Source: Nitrospinota bacterium (GTDB taxonomy: Bacteria; Nitrospinota; Nitrospinia; Nitrospinales; VA-1). Taken from it: DNA of 64,000 nucleotides. A model generated the notes under the pieces. The model saw only the letters and a list, made by a program, of their open reading frames with translations, did no database searches and had not been told where the DNA came from. Both the position numbers and the translations under genes were made by a program. Positions 8,037 through 17,533 of this stretch are shown one piece after another. The stretch is from contig JACNKA010000060.1 of the NCBI GenBank assembly GCA_014382285.1, positions 6,987 through 70,986 on the forward strand. The letters run 5' to 3'. Position 1 is the first letter of the stretch, and the number at the start of each line of letters is the position of its first letter.

Positions 8037-10043
8037 CTAGTTTTGCTGAACAATTTTTTTTCTCTTCACTGTCAACGCAAAAATATTTTTTTCAGAATCT
8101 CCTGAGGGAAGCAAGGTCGTTTTCCCCGTAACCCCGGGAAAGTCTTTAACAGATTTCAAACTTTCCTTCATCTTGATCCGGTTATCGGCTCCCGCTAAAA
8201 CATTTTTAATAACAATGTTTGCCGCATCAAAAGCCTGAGCCGATAAATAGTTCGGCTCTTCACCAAAATTAGTTTTAAAATCCTGAACAAATTTTTTGAC
8301 CTCTGCCTGGTGAGAATCGGGATAGTAACCATCAACAAAATAAACTTTATTCAAATACTTCCCACCCATCTTGACCAGTTCGGGATCGTTCCAGCCATTA
8401 GCACCCAACAAGGTAACCGTATTGATATTATAAAAAGCCAATTGTGGAATGATCAGGCCTACTTTATCATAGACACCTGGAATAAAAATCGCGTCATAGC
8501 TCAACTCCAGCGACACTTTTAGTTTTTCAACATCATTCCCCGACCAATGCCCCATATCAATCAGTGGCCGGGATAAAGCAGAAGTGTCACTGAAGTCCGG
8601 TATCACACCTTCGCTCAACACTAAATCGCGGGCAATCTTTTCGAGATTATCATCCTCCACACCACCTAATTCCAGGATCTGTTTTTTAAAGTCATTTTGG
8701 GTGCGTTCATACCCGGCAACAGCAACCACCTCACCGCCCAGAGACTCCACTTCATTAATGAAAGTATCCTTCAATTCCAATCCAAAAGCTTCAAAAGGAT
8801 GTAACACAGCAAATCGTTTCAATTGGAGAGTGTTGACAGAATACTCTGCCAAAAATTTAGCTTGAATCTCCCGGGTCAACGCATTGCGGAACATAAAAGG
8901 GTTTTCATCCACCAGTCCATGGGTTGAGGCTGTGGGTGAAAATATGGGGATCTGATATTGCATGGCAACCTCACCCGCAATCTTAACCTCATCGCTCAAC
9001 AAGGGGCCAATGATACCCACAAGATTAGGCAACCCGGACAAGTCGGCTATAATTGATTTCATCGGTAATTGATGGCCAGAGTCCCTCACCTCCAATGCCA
9101 GTTTTTCGCGCGTTTGAAAAGGTAGCTGATTCACCGCGAGTTGAATTCCTTGCAATACCTTTTGCCCTGTCGACGCAAGTTTTCCGGTCAAAGGAAGAAT
9201 CACACCAATTTTAATTCTGGTCCCAGTATCCGCTTTTATCTGATTTAACCTGTTTTCCATCTCAGCTTTGCGAGCATGAGTCGGAAAGTTCTCAATAAAG
9301 TTTTTCAGACTTGTCATGTAGCTGGCAATATCCCCTGCCGCCCTCAAAAAAGATATTTTTCTCAACAATAAAAGATCCACGGGAAAACCAGGGCCTAATT
9401 TTTGAATCAAGGATGCAACCTGAGCTTCTCCCAGTTTTTCGTTGATCAAGCCCTCAGCAACCTCAGCCGCATATTTAACGATTTCTTTATTCCCAGTCTG
9501 TCCATGGACTTGCTTTAACTTAGTAAAAGCTTTTTCATAATCCATTCGCGCGCCATCAATCAAGGCTAAATGAACCATAACCTCCCACTTGCGTTTTTTA
9601 TCGGAAGTGGATCGCAAAACCATTTTAAACATAGATTCCGCGCTGCTATAGTCTGCCAATTCATATAGGCAAATAGCCATATTAAACCTTGCCGGATTTG
9701 CCAGCAGAGAGCCCGGAAAACTCTGCAAAAGAATTTGGTAGAAACGAACTGCTGTGGAATAAGAGTGGCTTGACTGATCTATCAAACCGAGGCGATACAA
9801 CGCCTGATGACTTCTTTGCCCTGACGAGTTTTGAGACAAGTAGTCATGGTAAAGCGGCTTGGCACCAAGAAAATCTCCTGAGTGAAACAGGTATTCGGCT
9901 TGCAAAAAAGGATCCCCTGGCAAAGCAGGTTTGACCTGCTCTATGTTGTCCTTCACTGAAACCTCTTTTTCAGCTCCGCCATAGGCCAGCCCGTAAATAG
10001 CAAGCTGGGAAAGCAAAATTAAATTAATGACTACTGTTTTCAT
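8037..10043 (-). CDS. LpoA-like penicillin-binding-protein activator candidate (N-terminal TPR domain + type I periplasmic-binding-protein domain)
   Basis: Signal peptide without a lipobox Cys. TPR-like N-terminal half. The C-terminal half starts RIKIGVILPLTGKLASTGQKVLQGIQLAVNQ, typical of the LivK/Peripla_BP_6 fold. Convergent with PBP1A. Confidence 0.6.
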   Translation of the reverse strand: MKTVVINLILLSQLAIYGLAYGGAEKEVSVKDNIEQVKPALPGDPFLQAEYLFHSGDFLGAKPLYHDYLSQNSSGQRSHQALYRLGLIDQSSHSYSTAVRFYQILLQSFPGSLLANPARFNMAICLYELADYSSAESMFKMVLRSTSDKKRKWEVMVHLALIDGARMDYEKAFTKLKQVHGQTGNKEIVKYAAEVAEGLINEKLGEAQVASLIQKLGPGFPVDLLLLRKISFLRAAGDIASYMTSLKNFIENFPTHARKAEMENRLNQIKADTGTRIKIGVILPLTGKLASTGQKVLQGIQLAVNQLPFQTREKLALEVRDSGHQLPMKSIIADLSGLPNLVGIIGPLLSDEVKIAGEVAMQYQIPIFSPTASTHGLVDENPFMFRNALTREIQAKFLAEYSVNTLQLKRFAVLHPFEAFGLELKDTFINEVESLGGEVVAVAGYERTQNDFKKQILELGGVEDDNLEKIARDLVLSEGVIPDFSDTSALSRPLIDMGHWSGNDVEKLKVSLELSYDAIFIPGVYDKVGLIIPQLAFYNINTVTLLGANGWNDPELVKMGGKYLNKVYFVDGYYPDSHQAEVKKFVQDFKTNFGEEPNYLSAQAFDAANIVIKNVLAGADNRIKMKESLKSVKDFPGVTGKTTLLPSGDSEKNIFALTVKRKKIVQQN

Positions 10044-10064
10044 AAATCAGTTTTCGAACCTCAG

Positions 10065-11456
10065 TTAATCTTCTTTTTTCGACTTGCCCTTTAACTTGTG
10101 CTTCTGAATTCGGTATCTCATTGAACGAAAACTGAGGTTCAATGTTTCCGCCGCTTTATTGATGATGCCGTCAGAACGCACCAGGGCATTGGCTATCATT
10201 TTCTTTTCGATCTGGTCCAGGGTTTTTTCAAGGTCAATATTGCTCTGGTCGAGTTCAGGAACGCGGACCTTATCAGGAGACAATAGCCCGAGAAGTTCTT
10301 CCGGCAAACTGGTTTTGCGTATGTATTTTTCGGTCTCCAGCACAACGGCCCTTTCAATGACATTCTCCAACTCTCTCACGTTACCGGGCCAGGGATAGCG
10401 TTCAAAAACTTTCAAGGCATCTGGATCTATGCCTTGGATATAAGTTTTATTGTGCCGCGTATTATACTTAGTGATAAAAAAACCTACCAGATCTGGAATA
10501 TCTTCCTTGCGTTCCCTTAATGGCGGAAGGTGAATCGGGATGACATTCAACCGGTAAAACAAATCTTCACGGAAGGACTTGTTCTCCACTAAATCTGCAA
10601 GGTTGCTATTGGTTGCCGCGATGATTCTCAAATCGACGGGAATAGACTGGGTGCCCCCCAATCGCATGATTTCTTTCTCTTGCAAAACTCTCAATAGCTT
10701 GACCTGGGTCGATAACGGGGCATCGCCCACTTCGTCAAAAAAGAATGAACCTTTATTGGCCGATTCCATCAACCCTAACTTCATAGAGTCTGCACTGGTG
10801 AAGGCCCCTTTTTCATGTCCAAACAACTCACTTTCCAGAAGGGTTTCCGGCATCGCTCCACAGTTTATAGAGACAAAGGGATAATTTTTTCTATTGCCAT
10901 TAAAATGAATGGCTTTCGCGATAAGCTCTTTGCCCGTACCACTTTCACCTGTGATTAAAACGGTTGCTTTGCTTTGAGCAACCTTTTCCACCAAGTCAAA
11001 GATTCTCTGTATCGGCCCGGATTTTCCTATGATATTTGAAAACTTAAAACGGTCATTCAAGGCAGTCTTTAAAAACCGGTTTTCCGCAGCAAGCTGGCGT
11101 TTTTCTAAAGCGTTCTTGACGATCAGTTGAATATCTTCGATTTTGAATGGCTTGGAAATATAATCATAGGCACCCTTTTTCATGGCGGTTACAGCTGTTT
11201 CTGCAGACGCATAAGCCGTCATCATCACTACGGGTGTATCGGGGAGGGTATTACGGGCCGCATCCAAAACATCGATTCCGCTGGAGCGCCCCATACGGAT
11301 ATCGGTCAGAATCAAATCGAAATCATTTTCACGAATCAGCTTGATGGCTTTTTCAACACTGGATGCGGTGACAACCTGATAACCTTCTTCCTCAAGCATG
11401 ATCACCAGGAAGTCCCGCAAGCTTTTTTCATCGTCCGCAACCAGAATGGAACTCAT
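10065..11456 (-). CDS. Sigma-54-dependent response regulator (NtrC family)
   Basis: Receiver domain (ILVADDE...LILTDIRM). AAA+ domain with GESGTGKE, ESELFGHEKGAFTSA (a GAFTGA variant) and RVIAATN-like IIAATN. C-terminal Fis-type HTH (AAETLNLSFRSMRYRIQKH). Confidence 0.92.
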   Translation of the reverse strand: MSSILVADDEKSLRDFLVIMLEEEGYQVVTASSVEKAIKLIRENDFDLILTDIRMGRSSGIDVLDAARNTLPDTPVVMMTAYASAETAVTAMKKGAYDYISKPFKIEDIQLIVKNALEKRQLAAENRFLKTALNDRFKFSNIIGKSGPIQRIFDLVEKVAQSKATVLITGESGTGKELIAKAIHFNGNRKNYPFVSINCGAMPETLLESELFGHEKGAFTSADSMKLGLMESANKGSFFFDEVGDAPLSTQVKLLRVLQEKEIMRLGGTQSIPVDLRIIAATNSNLADLVENKSFREDLFYRLNVIPIHLPPLRERKEDIPDLVGFFITKYNTRHNKTYIQGIDPDALKVFERYPWPGNVRELENVIERAVVLETEKYIRKTSLPEELLGLLSPDKVRVPELDQSNIDLEKTLDQIEKKMIANALVRSDGIINKAAETLNLSFRSMRYRIQKHKLKGKSKKED

Positions 11457-11544
11457 GTTAAGATTCTATCGCCATTCTTACCTGCAAATCAATAAAGGTT
11501 GATAAAAAATTTCGCGTAATGTGAACCTGGTTGGAAGAAGCCCA

Positions 11545-12750
11545 TCAACGATTAAAGGTTTCTGCGTAGAGTTTTAAACGTAGGGCGTTGAGTTTTATGA
11601 ATCCCTCCGCATCGTTCTGACTGTATCCATGGCTCTCCTCAAAACTGGCTATATTCTGGTTATACAGCGATTTTTCAGCTTTTCGCCCTATGACAATGCA
11701 ATTGCCCTTATATAGTTTCAGTTTGACTTCACCCGTAACATTGGCCTGGGCATGATCCATGGTTTTTTGCAGCAGCTCCCTTTCAGGAGAAAACCAGAAA
11801 CCGTTGTAGATCATTTTGGCGTAGGAGGGAATCAGAGAATCGCGAAGAAAAGCAACCTCCCGATCCAGAGTGACGGATTCAACCGCTCGATGAGCTTCGT
11901 GCAGAATAGTTCCACCCGGAGTTTCATAGACCCCGCGTGACTTCATTCCCACAAAGCGATTCTCGACAATATCAATACGACCTATTCCATTTTCTCCACC
12001 ATACTGGTTCAGGCGTTCCAACAAAGTTGCAGGACTCATCCTTTCGCCGTTTACGGCAACGGGGTTTCCCTGTTCGTAAGCAATCTCTATGGTGGTTGCC
12101 TTATCGGGGGCCTTCTCAGGAGCCACCGACAATAAAAACATATCATCATGAGGCTCATACCAGGGGTCTTCTAACACCCCTCCCTCATAACTGATATGAA
12201 ACAAGTTGCGATCTGTGCTATAGGGCTTGGCCTTGGTGACAGGAACAGGAATCCCGTGTGTCACAGCATAATCGATCAAGGCTGTTCTGGAGGTAAGATC
12301 CCATTCACGCCACGGAGCAATAATCTTTATCTCAGGGTTGAGCGTGTGGTAAGCCAATTCAAAGCGAACCTGATCATTGCCTTTACCGGTCGAACCATGC
12401 GATACCCCATCGGCCCCTTCCATGCTGGCAATTCGTATCTGCTCTTTGGAAATCAAAGGCCGGGCAATGGAGGTCCCCAAAAGGTAATTATGTTCATAAA
12501 ATGCATTAGCCCGAAGCATGGGGAAAACAAAGTCCCGGGCAAACTCTTCCCGCAGGTCTTCGATATAAACCTTGCTGGCTCCGGTTGCCAGGGCCTTCTC
12601 CCTGACCGGTTCCAATTCTTGCCCTTGTCCCACATCGGCGGCAAAAGCGATGATTTCACAATCATATTTTTCCTTAAGCCATTTGATAATGACGGAGGTA
12701 TCCAGTCCCCCTGAATAGGCCAATACAATTTTTTTAACTTTCGTTGACAT
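11545..12750 (-). CDS. argG: Argininosuccinate synthase
   Basis: [17 protein letters not shown]-PPase motif. 401 aa, with a typical ArgG sequence throughout. Confidence 0.95.
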   Translation of the reverse strand: MSTKVKKIVLAYSGGLDTSVIIKWLKEKYDCEIIAFAADVGQGQELEPVREKALATGASKVYIEDLREEFARDFVFPMLRANAFYEHNYLLGTSIARPLISKEQIRIASMEGADGVSHGSTGKGNDQVRFELAYHTLNPEIKIIAPWREWDLTSRTALIDYAVTHGIPVPVTKAKPYSTDRNLFHISYEGGVLEDPWYEPHDDMFLLSVAPEKAPDKATTIEIAYEQGNPVAVNGERMSPATLLERLNQYGGENGIGRIDIVENRFVGMKSRGVYETPGGTILHEAHRAVESVTLDREVAFLRDSLIPSYAKMIYNGFWFSPERELLQKTMDHAQANVTGEVKLKLYKGNCIVIGRKAEKSLYNQNIASFEESHGYSQNDAEGFIKLNALRLKLYAETFNR

Positions 12751-12811
12751 AACTGCTTTCTTTCCAGGTTAGAGAATCCGGTAGTGATCCCGAATCCAAA
12801 TAATAATCAAT

Positions 12812-13750
12812 TCACAAAACAAGAGCATATTGGGAGGCCCCCAATAATGGGGCAGACTCATCCATCACCACTTTCACAGGGATAGTTGAAAGATACTTTT
12901 TGAACCTCCCCTTGGAAAGAAACGCCTCCATAAACCCTCCTTCTTGCAACAAAGGTATGATCTTCGGAGCAATGCCTCCACCAAGATAAACCCCTCCCTC
13001 TGATAAATATTGCAACGCTAAATTTCCTGCCAAAGCACCGTACAAAGAAATAAATAGTTCTGCCGTTTTCTCACAAACCGGAGAAGTTTTTGCAATGGCC
13101 CTTTCAACGATAGTAATAGGAAAATCGATGGCTTCGTGTTCCGCATGCTTCGTCTTGAAAAACTTGTAAATATCCAACAAACCGGGACCCGACAATACAC
13201 GCTCTATGCTGACCCGCGAATATTTTTTTTGCAGGAAAAACAAAAGCTCTGCTTCCATCTCATTCCGGGGAGAAAAATCACAGTGTCCTCCTTCGGAATC
13301 CATGACGATGTGTTTTCCATTTTCCCCGGGAACAAGAAAGGCCTGCCCCAAACCCGTCCCTGCTGAAACCACCGATATTCTTGCTGCACTCACAGAGGTT
13401 CCGGTTTGGATGACTTCGAAAGCTTCAGGGCCTAAAAAAGGAATCGCGTATGCCGTTGCGGCCAAGTCGTTAATCAGCCAGACTGCATCCATCCCCAGGT
13501 TTTCCCTTAAGCGCTCGATCTCAACTTGCCATGAAAGATTGGTCAACCGGCATTTCCCATCAATGACCGGACCGGCCACACCAAAGCAGGCCTTCTCAAT
13601 CTTTGAATCATTGCCCGTTAAAAAGTCATCCAGTATCTCCTCAATACCAGAAAAATCCCGGCTTTCATAACGCTTTTCCGTTATCCGTGTTTTACCATCA
13701 AAAAGACCCAGATTGACCTTGGTTCCGCCTATATCACCCGCCAGTATCAT
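12812..13750 (-). CDS. glk: Glucokinase
   Basis: MILAGDIGGTKVNLGLF N-terminal ATPase motif, Glk family. I chose the internal ATG (13750) because the longer ORF would overlap the upstream gene's stop at 13755. Confidence 0.85.
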   Translation of the reverse strand: MILAGDIGGTKVNLGLFDGKTRITEKRYESRDFSGIEEILDDFLTGNDSKIEKACFGVAGPVIDGKCRLTNLSWQVEIERLRENLGMDAVWLINDLAATAYAIPFLGPEAFEVIQTGTSVSAARISVVSAGTGLGQAFLVPGENGKHIVMDSEGGHCDFSPRNEMEAELLFFLQKKYSRVSIERVLSGPGLLDIYKFFKTKHAEHEAIDFPITIVERAIAKTSPVCEKTAELFISLYGALAGNLALQYLSEGGVYLGGGIAPKIIPLLQEGGFMEAFLSKGRFKKYLSTIPVKVVMDESAPLLGASQYALVL

Positions 13751-13754
13751 CGTA

Positions 13755-14993
13755 TCATTTGAGAAACGAACGGATGCGCTCGTCCAACGCATTCTGGTCT
13801 TTGGTAAAAGACTGTAGCGCCGATTGTGTCATCAAATCATCCAGCGCCACAGATTCTGGCCATTCAGACAGGTTGGGAATTTTCCCATGATCCTGGATTT
13901 TCTTTAAATCATCATCGCTGAATGGATGAAACAGATTGACGCCACTGGATATTCGAGCAAGTTCATCGCCCTGCATGGAGTCCAGTTGTGGATTGGAAAC
14001 CAGAGCATTCACAAAATTTTCAAACTCATCAGACAGTTCCCAAAGTTCAGGAAAACGTTTCGCAAGGTCATGCTGCGGATCAATCCCCGGTTCAATATTA
14101 TCGTCAATATGAGACACGACCTGCTCATCAGGTTTCCCAGACTCCTGAAACTCTTTCATCGCCTTGGGCGGAATGGTCAACACATCCAACCCTGCTAGAA
14201 AAGCCACCTGCTCGCCGTTTCTAATACTGGCGGCAATCAATCGTGAACTCACGCCTTTATGGTTATCCCGCGCTGACTTTAACGCTCGTTGAGTAGCCAA
14301 AGTTACTTTTTCACCCACCAGTTCTCCCGTTCCGGCTTTGTGGTCAATAACCACTTGATTCAATCGTCCCAAAAACACGTTCACAAAATCAGGGTTGGCC
14401 AAACGCGCCGCCAGATAGTTTTGCCGGACTGAAAATCCCAAAGTAAAATTGATGGGGATTATTTCCTGCCTTAAAGTGCGAACCGCCAGATACCCCTCAG
14501 GGGTCAAAGGCACTTTGACAGTAAAATATTCCGGGCAAACCTTGTAATACCTACGACCAAAATGAAGGGTGCGCTCTATACTTCTGGATACCGCCGGGTG
14601 CAATTCAACACTGACCTTAACCTTGAAAGCCTGAACCAGACGCAGGGCAATCTTGCAATTGATCACAAACCCCACCTCCAGGATCATTTCCTCTTCAGAC
14701 AACTCCAACCCTTCCTGCCTGATTTTATGGATGGTGTCTTCAATGACCTTGTCCATGATTCCACTTTGCACCACTTGGTTTGCCAGGGTGTTATTGGTGG
14801 TCAAAGCCGTGAGTTCGTCCTTCCAAATTTCCTGAGCTTTTTCCAGTTCACCCGTGTCAACCCACACCTCAGTGCCAAGGGCTTTTAGCCTGGCTAATAA
14901 AGGGTCCGACTCGCTATGAGGTGACTCCCCCTCAATTTTTTCAAAAGCCAGTCCATGCATAACCTCTTCCAGCTTTCGGCTTACAGTATCCAT
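13755..14993 (-). CDS. tal: Transaldolase-family protein with a C-terminal extension
   Basis: VWVDTGE (catalytic Asp region), TTNNTL (variant of the TTNPS motif), and FTVKVPLTPEGYLAVRTL (Schiff-base Lys region). Start moved to ATG 14993, just downstream of the pgi stop (15007). Confidence 0.75.
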   Translation of the reverse strand: MDTVSRKLEEVMHGLAFEKIEGESPHSESDPLLARLKALGTEVWVDTGELEKAQEIWKDELTALTTNNTLANQVVQSGIMDKVIEDTIHKIRQEGLELSEEEMILEVGFVINCKIALRLVQAFKVKVSVELHPAVSRSIERTLHFGRRYYKVCPEYFTVKVPLTPEGYLAVRTLRQEIIPINFTLGFSVRQNYLAARLANPDFVNVFLGRLNQVVIDHKAGTGELVGEKVTLATQRALKSARDNHKGVSSRLIAASIRNGEQVAFLAGLDVLTIPPKAMKEFQESGKPDEQVVSHIDDNIEPGIDPQHDLAKRFPELWELSDEFENFVNALVSNPQLDSMQGDELARISSGVNLFHPFSDDDLKKIQDHGKIPNLSEWPESVALDDLMTQSALQSFTKDQNALDERIRSFLK

Positions 14994-15006
14994 GTATTCA
15001 TCCTTT

Positions 15007-16308
15007 CTAAAAACCGGGTTTACCCAAAAGCTTGAACATATTTTTTTTATAAAACTCAACACCCGGCTGATCAAACGGGTTCACCCCATTCAAGTAACCG
15101 GTCATTGCCACCGCTCTCTCAAAAAAATAAAAAATCTGCCCCAGAGAGTATGGCGAACGATCTTTAATTTTCAGGGTCATGTTGGGAACGCCGCCCTCTT
15201 TGTGGGCGCTTGCCGTTCCCAGCCAAGCCTTCTCATTGACGGTATCCAGCGTTTCACCAGCGAGGTAGTTTAAACCGTCTGCATCATTATTAAAAGCCGG
15301 TATTTTCAACTGCCGCCGGGAGGACTCAAGAACTAAAAAGGTCTCAAAAATATTACGATTTCCCTCTTGAATCCATTGCCCCATAGAATGAAGGTCTGAG
15401 GTGAACTCTACAGACGAGGGGAAAATCCCTTTCAAATCCTTGCCCTCGCTTTCACCAGCCAACTGTTTCCACCAATCCGCCAGATAATGGAAAGCAGGTT
15501 GAAATGTTGCCAGAATTTCAGTGGTTTTCCCCTTCTGGTAAAGCAATTGACGCATCACCGCGTAATAGTAGGCGTCATTTTGACCCAGAGAGGAATTTGA
15601 ATACATTGTTTCGGCCAGACGAGCACCCGCCATCAATTCTTCAATATTTATACCCGCCACCGCCATGGGGAAAAGCCCTACCGGAGTCAATACCGAATAC
15701 CGACCCCCAACATCATCTGGAATCGCAAAAGTCCGATAACCCAATTCATCGGCAAGACTTTTAAGTGCGCCACGGCTGGAATCTGTGGTGACGACAATAC
15801 GATCCCGAGCCCCGTCAGAACCATATTTTTCCTCCATCATCTCCTTGAGCAGGCGAAAGGCTAAAGCCGGTTCGGTGGTGGTGCCCGATTTGGAAATCAC
15901 ATTGAGACAGACATCCCGGCCGGTTATCAGGTCAAAAAGATCGGCATGATAATCGGAACTGATATTCTGCCCGGCAAAATATATCTCCGGTCCGCCCTGC
16001 CTGCCATATTGGTTGGAAAAAGAAGAGCTCAGGTAGGAAATCCCGGCCCGGGCTCCCAGATAAGAACCACCGATACCCACAACAATAAAAGCGTCACATA
16101 CATTACGGATGGAGTCTGCTGTGGATTGTATCGCAGCCGCATCGGAAAAACCTGAAGGCAGACGTGACCAACCCAGATAGTCCGAGCCCTGACCGGTACC
16201 ATCCTCTAACGAGTCATGGCACAGGTCAACTCGCGACTGGAGATCATTGACCTCATGGTCAGAAACAAAGGAACTCAGGTTTTCACAATGAAGAGAAAGG
16301 TTCGACAT
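15007..16308 (-). CDS. pgi: Glucose-6-phosphate isomerase
   Basis: GIGGSYLGARA and ISKSGTTTEP sugar-isomerase motifs. At 433 aa it is a short bacterial-type PGI. Confidence 0.93.
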   Translation of the reverse strand: MSNLSLHCENLSSFVSDHEVNDLQSRVDLCHDSLEDGTGQGSDYLGWSRLPSGFSDAAAIQSTADSIRNVCDAFIVVGIGGSYLGARAGISYLSSSFSNQYGRQGGPEIYFAGQNISSDYHADLFDLITGRDVCLNVISKSGTTTEPALAFRLLKEMMEEKYGSDGARDRIVVTTDSSRGALKSLADELGYRTFAIPDDVGGRYSVLTPVGLFPMAVAGINIEELMAGARLAETMYSNSSLGQNDAYYYAVMRQLLYQKGKTTEILATFQPAFHYLADWWKQLAGESEGKDLKGIFPSSVEFTSDLHSMGQWIQEGNRNIFETFLVLESSRRQLKIPAFNNDADGLNYLAGETLDTVNEKAWLGTASAHKEGGVPNMTLKIKDRSPYSLGQIFYFFERAVAMTGYLNGVNPFDQPGVEFYKKNMFKLLGKPGF

Positions 16309-16325
16309 GAAGTATGGGGTTCTGT

Positions 16326-16907
16326 TTATCTACTCAGTTTGCTGAATTTAGACCCTTCCAGGGTCAAGTTATACATCAAGCCTTTCTGGCCAAATACAAA
16401 TGCAACAATAGGGTCCTTAACATTGATGGTATCAAGAGAATCCCCCATACCCAGAGAGATCAATGCGACAGACCCATCCACACCGGCCTTCCAGCCATCG
16501 CTGTTTCTAAACTGCGTCAAAGCACTCCCCTCGGTGAAGACCAGAACGATTGATTTTGCCTGAGCACCCAGTTGAAACCCTATCGAAGCCGCCATAGTAC
16601 TGTAATAATCAGCAGTCTTACCACCAATCCGTAAAGCACCTTCACCATATTCTCCGCCAATACCAATTCCGACTTTAATAACCGAAGGAAAAACCAACAC
16701 CCCTTTTGCCTTCTTTATAAAGCTGGAGGCACCAGGAATTTCCTTGTTAAAACGATCCAAAGTGACATCCACGCTCACATCTATTTCTTTAGCAGTTCCA
16801 GAAAATGCCACGCCAGCAGAACATATTAAAATCAGACCCACCAAAATCCATCGTATGGAATTCGAAGCAATTATCTGTGGCACTTGCAAAAAAGCCTTAC
16901 GAATCAT
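16326..16907 (-). CDS. SYLF (DUF500/Ysc84-like) lipid-binding domain protein, membrane-anchored or secreted
   Basis: N-terminal hydrophobic anchor. GIGIGGEYGEGALRIGGK...ASIGFQLGAQ...DGWKAGVDGSVA is characteristic of SYLF domains. Confidence 0.75.
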   Translation of the reverse strand: MIRKAFLQVPQIIASNSIRWILVGLILICSAGVAFSGTAKEIDVSVDVTLDRFNKEIPGASSFIKKAKGVLVFPSVIKVGIGIGGEYGEGALRIGGKTADYYSTMAASIGFQLGAQAKSIVLVFTEGSALTQFRNSDGWKAGVDGSVALISLGMGDSLDTINVKDPIVAFVFGQKGLMYNLTLEGSKFSKLSR

Positions 16908-17087
16908 CTATAGAGTCCTCTCAAATCAGGTTTCTGAAATTAAATTCTTTCTAAACATAACATGACTATATGGTTCAGATTCTCCATTTCATTGGAAACA
17001 AAAATAGCTCAGCGTCCAATAAATAACATTAAGTAAGCATACCTAATTATATTAATAGAATAGTTTATTTTCATATAAATTAAACGC

Positions 17088-17115
17088 TTTACAATTTAAC
17101 ATTACCTGTTAATAT
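17088..17115 (+). promoter_or_regulatory. Candidate sigma-70 promoter for the 63-codon ORF
   Basis: TTTACA-N16-TAATAT, about 40 nt upstream of ATG 17155. A 6-bp inverted repeat TTAACA/TGTTAA lies in the spacer. Confidence 0.4.
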
Positions 17116-17154
17116 AAAAATATAACCGCTAACCTTGTTGCGTGGAGTTGTCAC

Positions 17155-17346
17155 ATGTTTTACGAAACAAGAGTTTTAGATGCATACGGAAACCTCAAGC
17201 AAATTATCTCTGCCAAGGAGTTGCAAAACCGGCACTGGCGTAACTTTCAAGAATCGGAGTCAAACTTAGGCATTTATCCCAAGAAAAATTCATCTACGCC
17301 GTCAAAAAAAAAGAGGAACAAAGGCTTATCGCTGGAACATCACTAA
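17155..17346 (+). CDS. Hypothetical small protein (63 aa) with a Lys/Ser-rich basic tail
   Basis: GGAG 8-11 nt upstream of the ATG, with a candidate promoter upstream. It is the only ORF in an otherwise empty 626-bp AT-rich gap. I recognise no family. Confidence 0.4.
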   Translation: MFYETRVLDAYGNLKQIISAKELQNRHWRNFQESESNLGIYPKKNSSTPSKKKRNKGLSLEHH

Positions 17347-17533
17347 TAAGCCAGGCAATCCAAACTTATACCACCCTCTAGCGAGGGAATTAAAATCGAA
17401 GCACTAGCGCCTTCATTATGGAGTGACGGTTTAACGCTGAGTATCGCCACAGACGATGAAAATTATGGCGGATCATTTCGTCAGATAGATCCCTCCAACT
17501 GCTGGTCTATCCCTGATTAAGCGTTTTTCAGCT

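Noticed and set aside
12196-12714. Long antisense ORFs opposite well-supported genes. Examples: 12196-12714, 13206-13670, 30649-31269, 33718-34251, 44878-45408, 47001-47501, 59367-59921.
   Set aside because: Each lies entirely within and antisense to a gene with strong family motifs. Their translations are low-complexity or Arg/Ser/Pro-rich with no recognisable motifs, which is typical of shadow ORFs.
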